Shown here piece after piece: positions 1 to 10,008 of a stretch of DNA of 64,000 nt (positions within the stretch are counted from its first letter, which is position 1; each line of letters opens with the position of its first letter). Source of the stretch: an uncultured Nitrososphaerota archaeon (lineage in GTDB: Archaea > Thermoproteota > Nitrososphaeria > Nitrososphaerales > CADDZS01); assembly GCA_963799845.1 (NCBI GenBank), contig CAWCYI010000004.1, positions 928,001 through 992,000 of the forward strand, written 5' to 3'. A program made the position numbers and the translations under genes. The notes under the pieces are model-generated. The model saw nothing but the letters and a program-made list of their open reading frames with translations, ran no database searches and was not told the DNA's origin.

Positions 1-2
1 AT

Positions 3-464
3 TTCTTTGATAAAGTCTACAAAATCAACCTGAAGGGACTGGTTTTCCTATCCAAAGCCGCGGGAGCGAAAATGGTCGAAAGAGGTAAAGGAGGTAAAAT
101 CATAAACATTTCTTCCATCGACGCGTTCCACCCCACATCTGTGGGCCTCGGAGCTTATGACACTTCCAAGGGAGGAGTGACGATGTTCACCAAAGCCCTC
201 GCTCTGGAGCTTGCACCCCACGGGATTATGGTGAATTCAATTGCCCCCGGAGGTATAGCGACGGAAGGCACTTCGAAACCTCTCACAGGAATGACCGAAG
301 AACAAACGAATCAGATGATGAAAGCGTTTCTTGCGAGGATTCCTTTGAGCCGAATGGGAGTTCCAGATGACATTGGGAAGGTGGCCCTTTTCCTGGCTTC
401 TTCTGCGTCCGATTACATAACAGGCCAGACGCTTATTGTTGATGGCGGCATGCTCCTCAGCTAG
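3..464 (+). CDS. SDR family oxidoreductase (5' end outside the window)
   Basis: IINISS, catalytic YxxxK (YDTSK), VNSIAPG and C-terminal ITGQTLIVDGG; frame is open to the window start. Confidence 0.95.
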   Translation, partial: FFDKVYKINLKGLVFLSKAAGAKMVERGKGGKIINISSIDAFHPTSVGLGAYDTSKGGVTMFTKALALELAPHGIMVNSIAPGGIATEGTSKPLTGMTEEQTNQMMKAFLARIPLSRMGVPDDIGKVALFLASSASDYITGQTLIVDGGMLLS

Positions 465-494
465 TTGCGAGAGAAGTACAGCTCACCTCATGGA

Positions 495-563
495 TTTACA
501 AGTAAATTGGGGTTCAAATCCCACATTCCGCTCATGAGAATATCACAAGGTGAAATCTAGTAG
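495..563 (+). repeat. Repeat family 1, copy A (palindrome plus tRNA-3'-like core; right palindrome degenerate)
   Basis: TTTACAAGTAAA-TTGGGGTTCAAATCCCACATTCCGC...CTAGTAG; aligns with 2431, 5580 and 6583. Confidence 0.85.
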
Positions 564-730
564 TTTCCTACGAATACAAGCCACCCATTCTGGCAAATTC
601 TCGTATTTACTATCAACAGCCTACAGTGGTACCTGCTCTTGGGTTCGAGTCCAGATAGACGCGCTTACATGTCGAACAACCGCCCATCTTGGATAGCGTG
701 CAACTGCGACAGGAGGTTTCTGTCCGGAGT

Positions 731-1933
731 CTACTTTTTGACTTGGACACCTTGTCGCCACACAGCTCGGATGGACAGCGTGTCTGAGATGTTCGTCGTT
801 GGGTCCCCATCGACCAGCAGCAGGTCGGCGCGAGCCTGAGGAATGACCCGCCCCCTGTCGGTGAGACCGAACCTGCGCGCAGGGATGGATGTGGCTGCCT
901 GTAGTGCTTCGATCGGGCTCAATCCAGCCGCGACTAGGAGTTGCAGTTCCTGGTGCAAGCTGGCACCGTGGCCGAGTCCACCTAAACTGGGGATAGGCTC
1001 CGAAGCATCACAACCTGCCAGAATGTCTACACCCGCCTCGTGGAGGGCTATGACCCCAGCATACGCATCTTCGAGCTTTCCTTGGGGGTATACATTCATG
1101 CTGCGGGAGAGCGCGTCGAGCCACTTCTGGTTCAGCTTGGAACTTACTCGTTTGTCGGCGGCGAGCGCAGATGCATTATTGCCAACGGCAGAGGAGATCG
1201 TCACAAGAGTGGGGATAACAAACGCGCCGGAGGATGCAATGGAATCCACAAATTCGGCAGTAGGTCGACTATCAAAGAACAAGTGTGCCAGACCATCTAC
1301 TCCAGCTGCAATAGCTCTTTGGCCCCCTTCGGCGGTCGTTACGTGCGCGATGGCCAGCCTACCATTACGATGAGCTTCCTTTACGGCTGCACCGAGGATT
1401 TCATCATCAAGCACAGGAAGCCCCGGGAAACCGATACAGGTTCCGTCCTCAATGAAGATTTTGATGTAGTCGGCTCCGTCAGCGATCTGCTTGTCTACGA
1501 ATTTGACTGCTTCGTCAGGGGTCGAGACACAAGGATAACGATAGAATAGGCGAATGAGTAAGTTGTTGCTCGAACTCATGTATTCAGTCGGGTGACCTCC
1601 TGGAGGAGTGAGGCCCATCCCAGAGGATCGCAAATCCGCGACATCACTCCGTTCAGCGATTTCCTTACGCTTCTTCGTTGTCCAATGACCGTTCATCTCC
1701 AACTCTGTGGTGACACCAAACAACAAGGCGTCACGCAATCCGTGCATGTCGGTATGCACATGGGAGTCAATCAAGCCGGGCATCAGGGTTGCGCTGTGAC
1801 CATCGATGACAGTTGCCCCAGATGGTACCTCCCCACCCACCGACTGTATATTTCCCCCGTTTATCACTACAGTCGCGTCGTCGATGATACGAACACCGTC
1901 GAAGATCCTCGCGTTGATAATGGCTGTAATCAT
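731..1933 (-). CDS. Amidohydrolase family protein
   Basis: TLMPGLIDSHVH metal motif, IKIF, AIAHV, GLAH and ADLLLVDGDP. Confidence 0.93.
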   Translation of the reverse strand: MITAIINARIFDGVRIIDDATVVINGGNIQSVGGEVPSGATVIDGHSATLMPGLIDSHVHTDMHGLRDALLFGVTTELEMNGHWTTKKRKEIAERSDVADLRSSGMGLTPPGGHPTEYMSSSNNLLIRLFYRYPCVSTPDEAVKFVDKQIADGADYIKIFIEDGTCIGFPGLPVLDDEILGAAVKEAHRNGRLAIAHVTTAEGGQRAIAAGVDGLAHLFFDSRPTAEFVDSIASSGAFVIPTLVTISSAVGNNASALAADKRVSSKLNQKWLDALSRSMNVYPQGKLEDAYAGVIALHEAGVDILAGCDASEPIPSLGGLGHGASLHQELQLLVAAGLSPIEALQAATSIPARRFGLTDRGRVIPQARADLLLVDGDPTTNISDTLSIRAVWRQGVQVKK

Positions 1934-2430
1934 GCTAGCAATAGATCTATTTCTATTCTACATAGGTAAGGCTATCTTCAATGGGAAGAGATTCTGACAA
2001 AGTGGAAGTAAACTGAGACACAAATTCCTAAAGTGAGAGACTAGGGATGGAGGTGAAAGAAAGTGTCGAAAAAGTTTGAAATCGGAGAAGGGAAAAGCGC
2101 TTCTCCACTGTCAACTGCGATATGATTACAAATCGTATCAAGATCGAGCAAGACTGAGGGATTGTTGCAAACGAATTGCACTATTCGCCACGCGCAAAAA
2201 ATTCCAGTTCGATATCGGAAGTTAACCACATCGCGTCGACGCCGTTACTGGCAAGGTAATCTACAGTAGTCCAGGACCTATCGCCATGAGTCTGCTCGGT
2301 TTCAGACTTGATGACATCGTATTCGAATCAATCTGTGCCAGGTGGAATTAATGGATCTACAACTTCAATTCTCGGAAAATTAAACCCACAAGAATAGGTC
2401 GTTGGATTCTAATATTATTCTTTATACTAT

Positions 2431-2504
2431 TTTACTAGTAAATTGCGGTTCAAATCCCACATCTCGCGCATGGAATTATTTTGTGCTCAGAATTTACTAG
2501 TAAA
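2431..2504 (+). repeat. Repeat family 1, copy B
   Basis: TTTACTAGTAAATT-GCGGTTCAAATCCCACATCTCGC...AATTTACTAGTAAA; perfect 14-bp terminal inverted repeat. Confidence 0.9.
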
Positions 2505-2638
2505 GAATAAACCAATTTTCATGTTCATGGTTGGCCCGAGTTTGTCTATTGTCAATTCTACCGTTGTCAATTTGCTTGTCTTGATTTTAGGACAAAGATT
2601 CATAATAAGCGAGCCACACCCTTGCGCAAGGCCTGAGC

Positions 2639-3100
2639 ATGAAACCTGCAGAGAAGTCCCCGAAGTCCGCCAAAAGCACTACCGCGACCAGCAAGAAGTC
2701 CAAAGGATTCACGGACGAGGAACGAGCCGCGATGAAGGAGCACATCCAAGAGCAGAAAGCGGGCAAGGCGGACGGGGAAAGCGCTGTGCTTGCGAAGATC
2801 GCCACGATGTCTGAACCGGATCGCGCCATGGCCAAGCGTCTCCATGAAATCATTATGAAGAGCGCGCCAGCCCTCTCGCCGAGGACCTGGTACGGGATGC
2901 CTGCCTATGCTAGGGACGGCAACGTCGTCTGCTTCTTCCAGCCAGCGCAGAAGTTCAAGACAAGGTACGCGACATTAGGTTTCAGCGACGAGGCGAATCT
3001 CGATGAGGGCGATATGTGGTCGACCGCCTTCGCTCTGATGGGATTGAATGCCGCCGAAGAGGCAAGGATCGGCGCGCTGATAAAAAAAGCGGTGACCTGA
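2639..3100 (+). CDS. DUF1801 / YdhG-like protein
   Basis: [11 protein letters not shown] and [10 protein letters not shown] are typical of DUF1801. Confidence 0.88.
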   Translation: MKPAEKSPKSAKSTTATSKKSKGFTDEERAAMKEHIQEQKAGKADGESAVLAKIATMSEPDRAMAKRLHEIIMKSAPALSPRTWYGMPAYARDGNVVCFFQPAQKFKTRYATLGFSDEANLDEGDMWSTAFALMGLNAAEEARIGALIKKAVT

Positions 3101-3102
3101 AT

Positions 3103-3528
3103 ATGAAAGCAAGTGCAACTTCTTCCCCGAACGGTAAGTCTACCTCTCAACAGATAGATGCAATAATTAAGAAGTCGGATGACTGGCGAGGCAAGAGATT
3201 ATCACAACTTCGCATTTTGATCAGGAAAGCCGACACTGACATAATCGAAGAAGTGAAGTGGAGAAAACCCAGCAACCCGATGGGAGTCCCGGTCTGGTCT
3301 CATGACGGAATAGTCTGCATAGGAGATACGCTCAAGAACGCCGTGAGACTGACATTCCCAAAAGGCGCTCAGATTAAGGATACAAAGAAGCTCTTCAACA
3401 TGCGCCTAGACAGCAATACAGTTCGTGCAATTGACTTCCACGAAGGTGACGCTGTAGACGAAGCTGGGTTAAGAGCACTCATTCTCGAAGCTGTGAAGCA
3501 GAACACATCGAAAGTGCGCGAGCGATAA
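3103..3528 (+). CDS. DUF1801 / YdhG-like protein
   Basis: DWRGKRL, EEVKWRKP, GVPVWSHDG and LTFPKGA; ATG at 3103 just after the upstream stop. Confidence 0.88.
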   Translation: MKASATSSPNGKSTSQQIDAIIKKSDDWRGKRLSQLRILIRKADTDIIEEVKWRKPSNPMGVPVWSHDGIVCIGDTLKNAVRLTFPKGAQIKDTKKLFNMRLDSNTVRAIDFHEGDAVDEAGLRALILEAVKQNTSKVRER

Positions 3529-3592
3529 ATAGCTCTGCGCGTGACTGGGCCAGCGAATCGTCCATTATCGCCAATTCAATTCCTGGGAACAA

Positions 3593-5570
3593 TCAGTAGA
3601 CTCCAATCTTTTTCATTATTTCTGCAAATTTCTCGTTAGTTTGTTTGAGCCTGTCAAAAACAGGGAAATGTCCGAAGAGGATCATGCTCAGCTTCCCTAT
3701 CTCTATACGCTTTTTCAAAGAATTCGACGGCTCTTTCATCTTCTTGGAGACCCAAGTATACCAGGCCAATATCAAATGCACCCGACCTCCCGATTCTATC
3801 TCCCTTTGTAATTTCGTCGATAATTTCTGCCGCTTCCTTTTTTCTCTGAGAGACAGCTAAGACGTATCCGAGATAACTCAAACAGTATGAGAGTCGATCG
3901 GTGAGCTCAACTGCCTTGTTGGTCTCCCTTAGTGCGTCATCAAACTTTCCCTTCTCTACGAAAATTAGTCCCTTGAAAAGTCTCGGATAGATTCCTCGGG
4001 GATCCAGATCGAGCGACTCGTTGAATAAATTTAGGGCATTATAGTACCTTCTAGTATTGTAGAGCGTCTTCCCAATGTGCCATTTCAGGAACGCCCAGAG
4101 CGGGTCCAGCTCAAGCGCCCGACTGTTTTCCCGCTCTGCCTCCGCAGCTCTGTTGGACAATCCAAAAGTGTCCCCCAGCCATAAATGCGGAGTAGAATAG
4201 CTTGAATTAAGTTCAATGGCCCGCTTGAATTCTCTTTCAGCTGTAGGAATATCATAATCTGATTGTAGGGAAACTATTCCCAGTGAGCAGTGCGCCTCTG
4301 CGAGCTCCGGGTCTGCATCAATGGCGAGTTTTGCATAGTGTTTTGCTTTCGCGAAACCTTCCTTTTCGGTTATTTCCTCCCCCGCCATGTACGTGTAACA
4401 TTCGGAAATTCCGGATAAGGCCAGACCGTAATTAGGTTCCAATACGAGAGCCTTCTCGAAGCATTCAATAGCTCTGAAGAAACGCTCTCCCATCTCCATA
4501 GTCCGCATGAAGTATCTTCCCTTGAGGAACAAATTGTACGCCTCCGCATTCCTGGATGATTCTTTCTCGATTCTTGCTCTGGCACTCGGAAAAAATGTCG
4601 ATTGTAAAGTCGAACTAACTGTTTCTGCGATCTCTGTTTGAATTGCAAAAACCTTCTCCAATTTCCTATCGAACTTTTTTGACCATACGTGCCTGTCCTC
4701 AGCTGTATCGATGAGCTGCACGGTAATGCGCAGATCGTCTCCTGCCTTCCGGACACTTCCTTCGAGGATCAATCCGGCGTCGAGTTCTTTCGAAATCTCT
4801 TTTACCTGGACGACTGCATTATTCTTGTAACGCATTATAGAAGTGCGGGAAATTACGTCGAGACCTTGAACTTCGGACAGAGTCGTGATGAGTTCTTCCG
4901 TCAATCCATCTGCAAGGTATTCATCTCGTGGATCTGGGCTTATGTTTGAAAAAGGCAGTACTGCAATTCGGCGATCATTCGAATTTTCGCGAGTCTTTTC
5001 CCTTACGACGCCTGCTTCCCAAGGCATTTCGACCGAGTACAATTCCGTGGGAAATTCAACGTTCTTCAGTGACTGCTTTCCGAGCAGTCTCAGAGGCTGG
5101 TCTATTTTGTTGTGCACCTGGTCGAACACCTGCCGGGAAATTGCGACTCTTTCGGGAGGTGATAGCTGCTGAATTCTTGATGCAATGTTCACTGCATCGC
5201 CGAAAACGTCATTGTCTTGATGTATGACATCGCCCAGATGAATGCCAATCCGAAGTGTGGTCTTCCACTCCTCTCTTGAGGAGAAGTTGTAGTCGTGAAG
5301 AAATTCTTGGATCTTAATCGCGCACTTGACGGCATTCAGGGCGCTATCAAATTCCACGAGAAAGGAGTCTCCAATTGTTTTCACCTCACGTCCTCGATTT
5401 TTCGGAAAAAATGGACGGAGAAGATGAAAGTGCCTTTGAAGAACCGCCATCGCCAGTGACTCATTGGCTTGAGTAAGAGCAGTATAGCCGACCATGTCCG
5501 TGAACATTATCGCCGCGAGGCGGCGCTCATCCAACGACAAAAAGTTCAGACTACTCCGGTTAGTGGACAT
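3593..5570 (-). CDS. Class III adenylate cyclase + TolB-like + TPR protein (frameshift near 3690)
   Basis: RRLAAIMFTDMVGYT, KTIGD, DVFGDAVNIASR, IAVLPFSNIS, EGSVRK and TPR repeats; C-terminus (..EKFAEIMKKIGVY) is in another frame. Confidence 0.9.
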
Positions 5571-5579
5571 TTGTATTAT

Positions 5580-5636
5580 TTTACTAGCAAATTCGTGCTC
5601 AAATCCCATATCTCACATTCGGGATTTACTAGTAAA
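5580..5636 (+). repeat. Repeat family 1, copy C (short, 57 bp)
   Basis: TTTACTAGCAAATTCGTGCTCAAATCCCATATCTCAC..GGGATTTACTAGTAAA. Confidence 0.85.
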
Positions 5637-5684
5637 ACTAGATCTTATCTTAAAGTACTTTGCAAGAGCTCTCCCTAGCATAGT

Positions 5685-6362
5685 CTAGCGGAGTGAGAAG
5701 CCTTGCAGACCGGAATTTTTTCTGGTAACTATCTTTGATCTTCGTCTTCTTCTAGTCCACCAGCTAATTGGAATTGGACAATTATCGGCTAAGGCTATGC
5801 TCCCCTGTCTGAGCTTTTGGTCGACAATCGCAAAGTCTGATTTTGCCTCTTCGATTTCGTATGGAACGTCGTACAGAAAGAGGTCGACGCTTTCAACTTC
5901 CTTTATCAAATCTGGAAGAATTTCACTACTCTTTCCTAGTCTCAGATCCCAGTTTTTCTTCAACGATTGAGGAACCGCCCAACCGGATTTTTTTCCCGGG
6001 GGCAAAACCCAAGATACTTTTGGTCGAGGAATGTTTTCAATTTCTTTCTCGGGGAGATCTATTGAATGGAGCACGCCTTTTCCATTTGATTCCAAGGCGT
6101 GCAAGAAATATGCTGACGAAACACCGGCCGAAACACCGACCTCGACGACATGTTTCGGTCTCGTGATTGTCACAAGTGTGCGCAGCTCAAACGGCGCACA
6201 AATCTGAATGTAACTAGAGCGCCCACCCTCTGCCAAGTTGCGCTCCATCAAATGGCGAAAAACGATGTCTTGACTTATCAATTCGTTTTGCATCTTTGAC
6301 ATCCCAAGGCTGACTCTAGCTGAGCTTTGACACGAAGAGTGCATCGGGAGCGCCCCGTTCAA
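5685..6362 (-). CDS. Class I SAM-dependent methyltransferase (Methyltransf_24-like); start uncertain
   Basis: VVEVGVSAGVSS, LHSIDLP and VDLFLYD. Confidence 0.85.
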   Translation of the reverse strand: MNGALPMHSSCQSSARVSLGMSKMQNELISQDIVFRHLMERNLAEGGRSSYIQICAPFELRTLVTITRPKHVVEVGVSAGVSSAYFLHALESNGKGVLHSIDLPEKEIENIPRPKVSWVLPPGKKSGWAVPQSLKKNWDLRLGKSSEILPDLIKEVESVDLFLYDVPYEIEEAKSDFAIVDQKLRQGSIALADNCPIPISWWTRRRRRSKIVTRKNSGLQGFSLR

Positions 6363-6582
6363 TTTTTGGTCTGGTTTCTTTTTAACGAGTCTGACGTGCT
6401 AGGATGCGATGATTGCACCGTCTTTCATAATAAGAATTTGAAGTCTCCTATTTGAAAATTCAATTGTTGTACGAAGGGTAGTTTTTCCCTTCTAAAGAGC
6501 ATCAGAAGTCTTAATCTCTGAGTTTCTCGACCTTCGATTTTAATTCGGAAAGATTCAAAGGTTTCGAATTCAACGATCATTT

Positions 6583-6655
6583 TTTACTAGTAAATTGTGG
6601 TTCAAATCCCACATCCCGCTGTTGGATTATCCTTCCTTGGGATTTTACTAGTAAT
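6583..6655 (+). repeat. Repeat family 1, copy D
   Basis: TTTACTAGTAAATTGTGGTTCAAATCCCACATCCCGC...TGGGATTTTACTAGTAAT. Confidence 0.9.
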
Positions 6656-6882
6656 TACGTGTCCGAATCCCGTTTCTGATTCGAATTCGGAATGTTCTCC
6701 AACGGGACTCGCACCTGTATTCGGATAAAATTCTTGCAGGCAGAAGACCGTGAGCTCCCGATTACGGAGCTAGATTGAGAGGATACAGCTACTGTCCTTA
6801 AAAAGACCCCAATGGGGTCGTAAGCCAGTGAATTATCATAACCACAAAACAATCTATCATAAAGAAAAAATCGATAGGTTAC

Positions 6883-7863
6883 ATGGTCGTCCCGGATCTA
6901 AGGGACACTCATACGCTGCTGAATCACGCAGCACTTGCTGCGAAGGCTGGATTCTCTGTGATTTGGGTTCCAGACCACTTTCATCCCTGGTTTCACACAG
7001 GAGCCTTCGAAGCTAATTCCTGGATTTGGCTTTCGACCGCCATGGATAGAATCAAAACGGTCCCGTTCGCTTCGGGGGTGACCGTCCCAATTCTAAGATA
7101 TCATCCCGGAATCGTGGCACAGGCGTTTGCAACTCTCGAAGTAATGCACGGCCCAAGAATCATTCTCGGAGTGGGGAGCGGTGAGGCACTGAACGAGATA
7201 CCACTGGGATTTGAATATCCTCCACTACCTGAAAGAATCGACAGAATGGTCGAAGCGATTACGGTCATGCGAAAGTTGGGCACAGAAGAGTTCGTGGATT
7301 TCAAAGGAAAGTACTACACGCTGAAAAAAGCAAATCTGTACATGAAGTCCACAGTACCGATATACATCTCCGCGCTCGGCCCGAAGACAGCGAAGATCGC
7401 AGGAAAAATTGGCGACGGTTTCATTACCTTCCCATCGCCGATGGACCGACTGAAGAATGTGATCTTTCCAAAAATCAGAGAGGGCGCGCAATCGGTGGGC
7501 AGGTCTTTTGACGATATCACAAAAGTATTAGAGCTGGACGTGTCTCTCGATCTAGATTATCAGAAAGCACTGGATGCCCTGAGGCCTCAGAAGCCAACTC
7601 TCGTCCCGAACATCTTCAACACTAACGAGTACGATCCGAGGAAATTAGAAGAGCGTGGAAATGCCGAAGTAAGTGACGAGGATCTCGCAAAAGCGTTCAT
7701 TGTCGGATCTTCGGTCGATGATCATATCACGAGAATTGAAGAGGCGTTTGATGCAGGCTTCGACCACGTATTTGTGTCCAGCAACAGTCCGGACGAAGAG
7801 AGATTCATCGACGAATACAAGAAAAAAGTGATACCATACTTCGAAAAAAGATCTGAGGAGTAA
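6883..7863 (+). CDS. LLM class F420-dependent oxidoreductase (G6PDH-like)
   Basis: DHFHPW, RYHPGIVAQAFATL and LGVGSGEALNE. Confidence 0.93.
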   Translation: MVVPDLRDTHTLLNHAALAAKAGFSVIWVPDHFHPWFHTGAFEANSWIWLSTAMDRIKTVPFASGVTVPILRYHPGIVAQAFATLEVMHGPRIILGVGSGEALNEIPLGFEYPPLPERIDRMVEAITVMRKLGTEEFVDFKGKYYTLKKANLYMKSTVPIYISALGPKTAKIAGKIGDGFITFPSPMDRLKNVIFPKIREGAQSVGRSFDDITKVLELDVSLDLDYQKALDALRPQKPTLVPNIFNTNEYDPRKLEERGNAEVSDEDLAKAFIVGSSVDDHITRIEEAFDAGFDHVFVSSNSPDEERFIDEYKKKVIPYFEKRSEE

Positions 7864-8102
7864 AAACGTCGCCGCCGTTCATCATTTCGCGGAGGGAAAT
7901 CGCAGGGTAGCGAAAGAAAATAATTCTGGGTGAGAACAAGAAACCTGCAACGATAAAAGTGAGACTTATCGGCCAGGAGACGAACTTAATATTCTCTGGT
8001 AGCGCCTTACGCTAGAACGCGATGCAGCAGGTACCTCACAGGTCTTTCTTTCCCGCCTTGCAATTTCGTTATCGAAGAAGAAGATACATAACTTCCCCTT
8101 TT

Positions 8103-9611
8103 TCAGCCCAGTCCAGGTGGACTGGAAGTTTTGTAGTGGTTGTCGAACCAGTGGTTGCCAGCGCCTGCTCCATCCCAGTAGAGATCGAACTGCCCGCTGT
8201 TCTTCACAGTGTTCTCTGCGATGATATTGTTACTTGACCCCCCGACAACTGCGATGCCGTACTGCCCGCTGTTTTTTACTAGGTTGTGTGTCACGTGAAC
8301 TCCGTTTGCGGCAAACGTGCCGATATCCGGGAATGTACTACCTAGCAAAACACCTATGATCGTTCCATCGATTGTATTGTCACTGACCTGCCCGGGGTCG
8401 CCTAAAACGAAGACTCCAGTTCCTCCATCCAGAATCGTGTTACCTGACACTACGACCGATTTGAGATCCTGACTCAAGATCACGGGAAACTCTGCGGTGT
8501 AGCATCCACAACTAGTGTTTGTCTGAAGCACGTTTCCGGACACCACCGCGTTCAGAGTGCTTACCGTGTTGAAGTCTGCCAAGATGACGCCGTTAGCCCC
8601 CTCACTGACCTGGAGAACTTGGTTGTTCGTGATGTAAACCGTGGACGGCAAAGTGCCGGGCTCGTAGGCGTCCTCTTCCGCCAATATTCCCACGCCGTCT
8701 ATCACGTTCGAAATTTGGTTCCCGCAGTAGGTTAGCTTGCTGTTGTACGCGTCATAGAAGCCCGTCGCCACGATGGAGTTGGTGATCGTGTTGTGGCAGA
8801 CCATGACCGTTGCGCTAAGAAGAGTGTCGCTCCAGGGCCCAGAGTTTGAGGAGTTGAATACACTGTTGGTCACCGAATAAGTGCCGGAAAGTGGAATTAT
8901 TTGTGTCAGGGCGTTGGTCCACCCCTTCGGCAGTCGGGAGACTTCGTAATTGATCCCGTTCAACATGTTTTGTCCCGAGGAGTCACCTGACGCTCCGAGC
9001 ACTGTCACGTGGTCAATCGTGGCAGAGGCTTTCAGGCCGGTAATTTCGATTGCCGCGACGAGCGCAGTATAGGGTGTACCCAAATCGTTCCAGCCCATGG
9101 TCGGCGCAGTGTATGGATCGGTAAGCGTCATCCCGGTGATCGAGTACGAACCGCCCTCGAAGGTGAACATTGCGGGCCATGGATCATGTGGCCCAGGCAA
9201 GCCTGCCCAGAACGGAATTGTTGGTGTATTGTATGCCGGGTTGGGTGATGGCAAGTTTGGAAGCGCTTGGATTATCGTCAATCCCTGACCCATCCCGACG
9301 AAATTTCCTCGGAAACCATAAACAGCGATCTGATCAATGTAGTACGTTCCCTTCTCTAACTGAACCGTGACCGGCGACCCCATACTGCCTTGATTTAGAG
9401 CATTTTGGATGTCCTTTGTATCGTTGTGCCCATTTGGATAGACGGTAATGACCCTCATATTAGAGCTTGAGGACGAATATGCAGCCGTGCTTTGCATGAA
9501 CAGAGGCGATAGTGCCAGTAAAAATATGACTACAATCGCTACTGCTGTAACTAGTGCCGAAGAAGAAACTATATTCCTTCTCTTGTTCTTCCATTCGTTT
9601 TGAGTTATCAT
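8103..9611 (-). CDS. Secreted right-handed parallel beta-helix protein
   Basis: N-terminal hydrophobic signal, DIQNALN..LEKGTY and repeated xxxxNxIxN beta-helix rungs (NosD/CASH-like). Confidence 0.8.
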   Translation of the reverse strand: MITQNEWKNKRRNIVSSSALVTAVAIVVIFLLALSPLFMQSTAAYSSSSSNMRVITVYPNGHNDTKDIQNALNQGSMGSPVTVQLEKGTYYIDQIAVYGFRGNFVGMGQGLTIIQALPNLPSPNPAYNTPTIPFWAGLPGPHDPWPAMFTFEGGSYSITGMTLTDPYTAPTMGWNDLGTPYTALVAAIEITGLKASATIDHVTVLGASGDSSGQNMLNGINYEVSRLPKGWTNALTQIIPLSGTYSVTNSVFNSSNSGPWSDTLLSATVMVCHNTITNSIVATGFYDAYNSKLTYCGNQISNVIDGVGILAEEDAYEPGTLPSTVYITNNQVLQVSEGANGVILADFNTVSTLNAVVSGNVLQTNTSCGCYTAEFPVILSQDLKSVVVSGNTILDGGTGVFVLGDPGQVSDNTIDGTIIGVLLGSTFPDIGTFAANGVHVTHNLVKNSGQYGIAVVGGSSNNIIAENTVKNSGQFDLYWDGAGAGNHWFDNHYKTSSPPGLG

Positions 9612-10008
9612 GTACTTTCACATCTGTGTTTTTCTTTGAAAGATCAATGTATGTCGTTGGCTAAGAGTTATTTGAATGACAAACACGATTATCAAAATAG
9701 GTAATCAACTTAGGGCACCCATGATTCAAGCGTTGTAGGGCAGAAACCCTCATCCCGAGGGCAACGGAGGGAATGCTGTGTCCCGACAAAGGTCTACTCC
9801 TGCCGCGTGAGGAAACATCTCGCCTCTCGGGTCAAATCAAGAACAGTGAGGTCAGAAAGATTCAGAAGACAAATCACTATTCCATCATAACTTCCGAAAA
9901 CTTTGAAAGTGAGGTTCTAAGGTTCGTCCGAGATTAGGACAAAAATTCAAGTCTCCGACTTAGTGATTACTTCTACCGAGTGTCGAACTTCAGGTTTTTT
10001 GTCAACGT

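Noticed and set aside
495-531. Intact tRNA genes at the GGTTCAAATCCC motifs
   Set aside because: No D-arm, anticodon arm or 5' acceptor strand upstream; an AT-rich palindrome takes their place
640-664. GGGTTCGAGTCC, a second T-loop-like motif
   Set aside because: T-stem pairs poorly and no cloverleaf can be built; possibly a degenerate relic
843-1969. Long antisense ORFs here and opposite most genes in the ORF track
   Set aside because: Shadow frames of well-supported genes with no motifs of their own
2235-2351. PepSY-like VDAVTGKVIYS peptide
   Set aside because: Stop codon immediately upstream and no start; at most a short gene remnant
7966-7977. TTATCGGCCAGG resembling the IS630 end
   Set aside because: Short gapped match with no partner end
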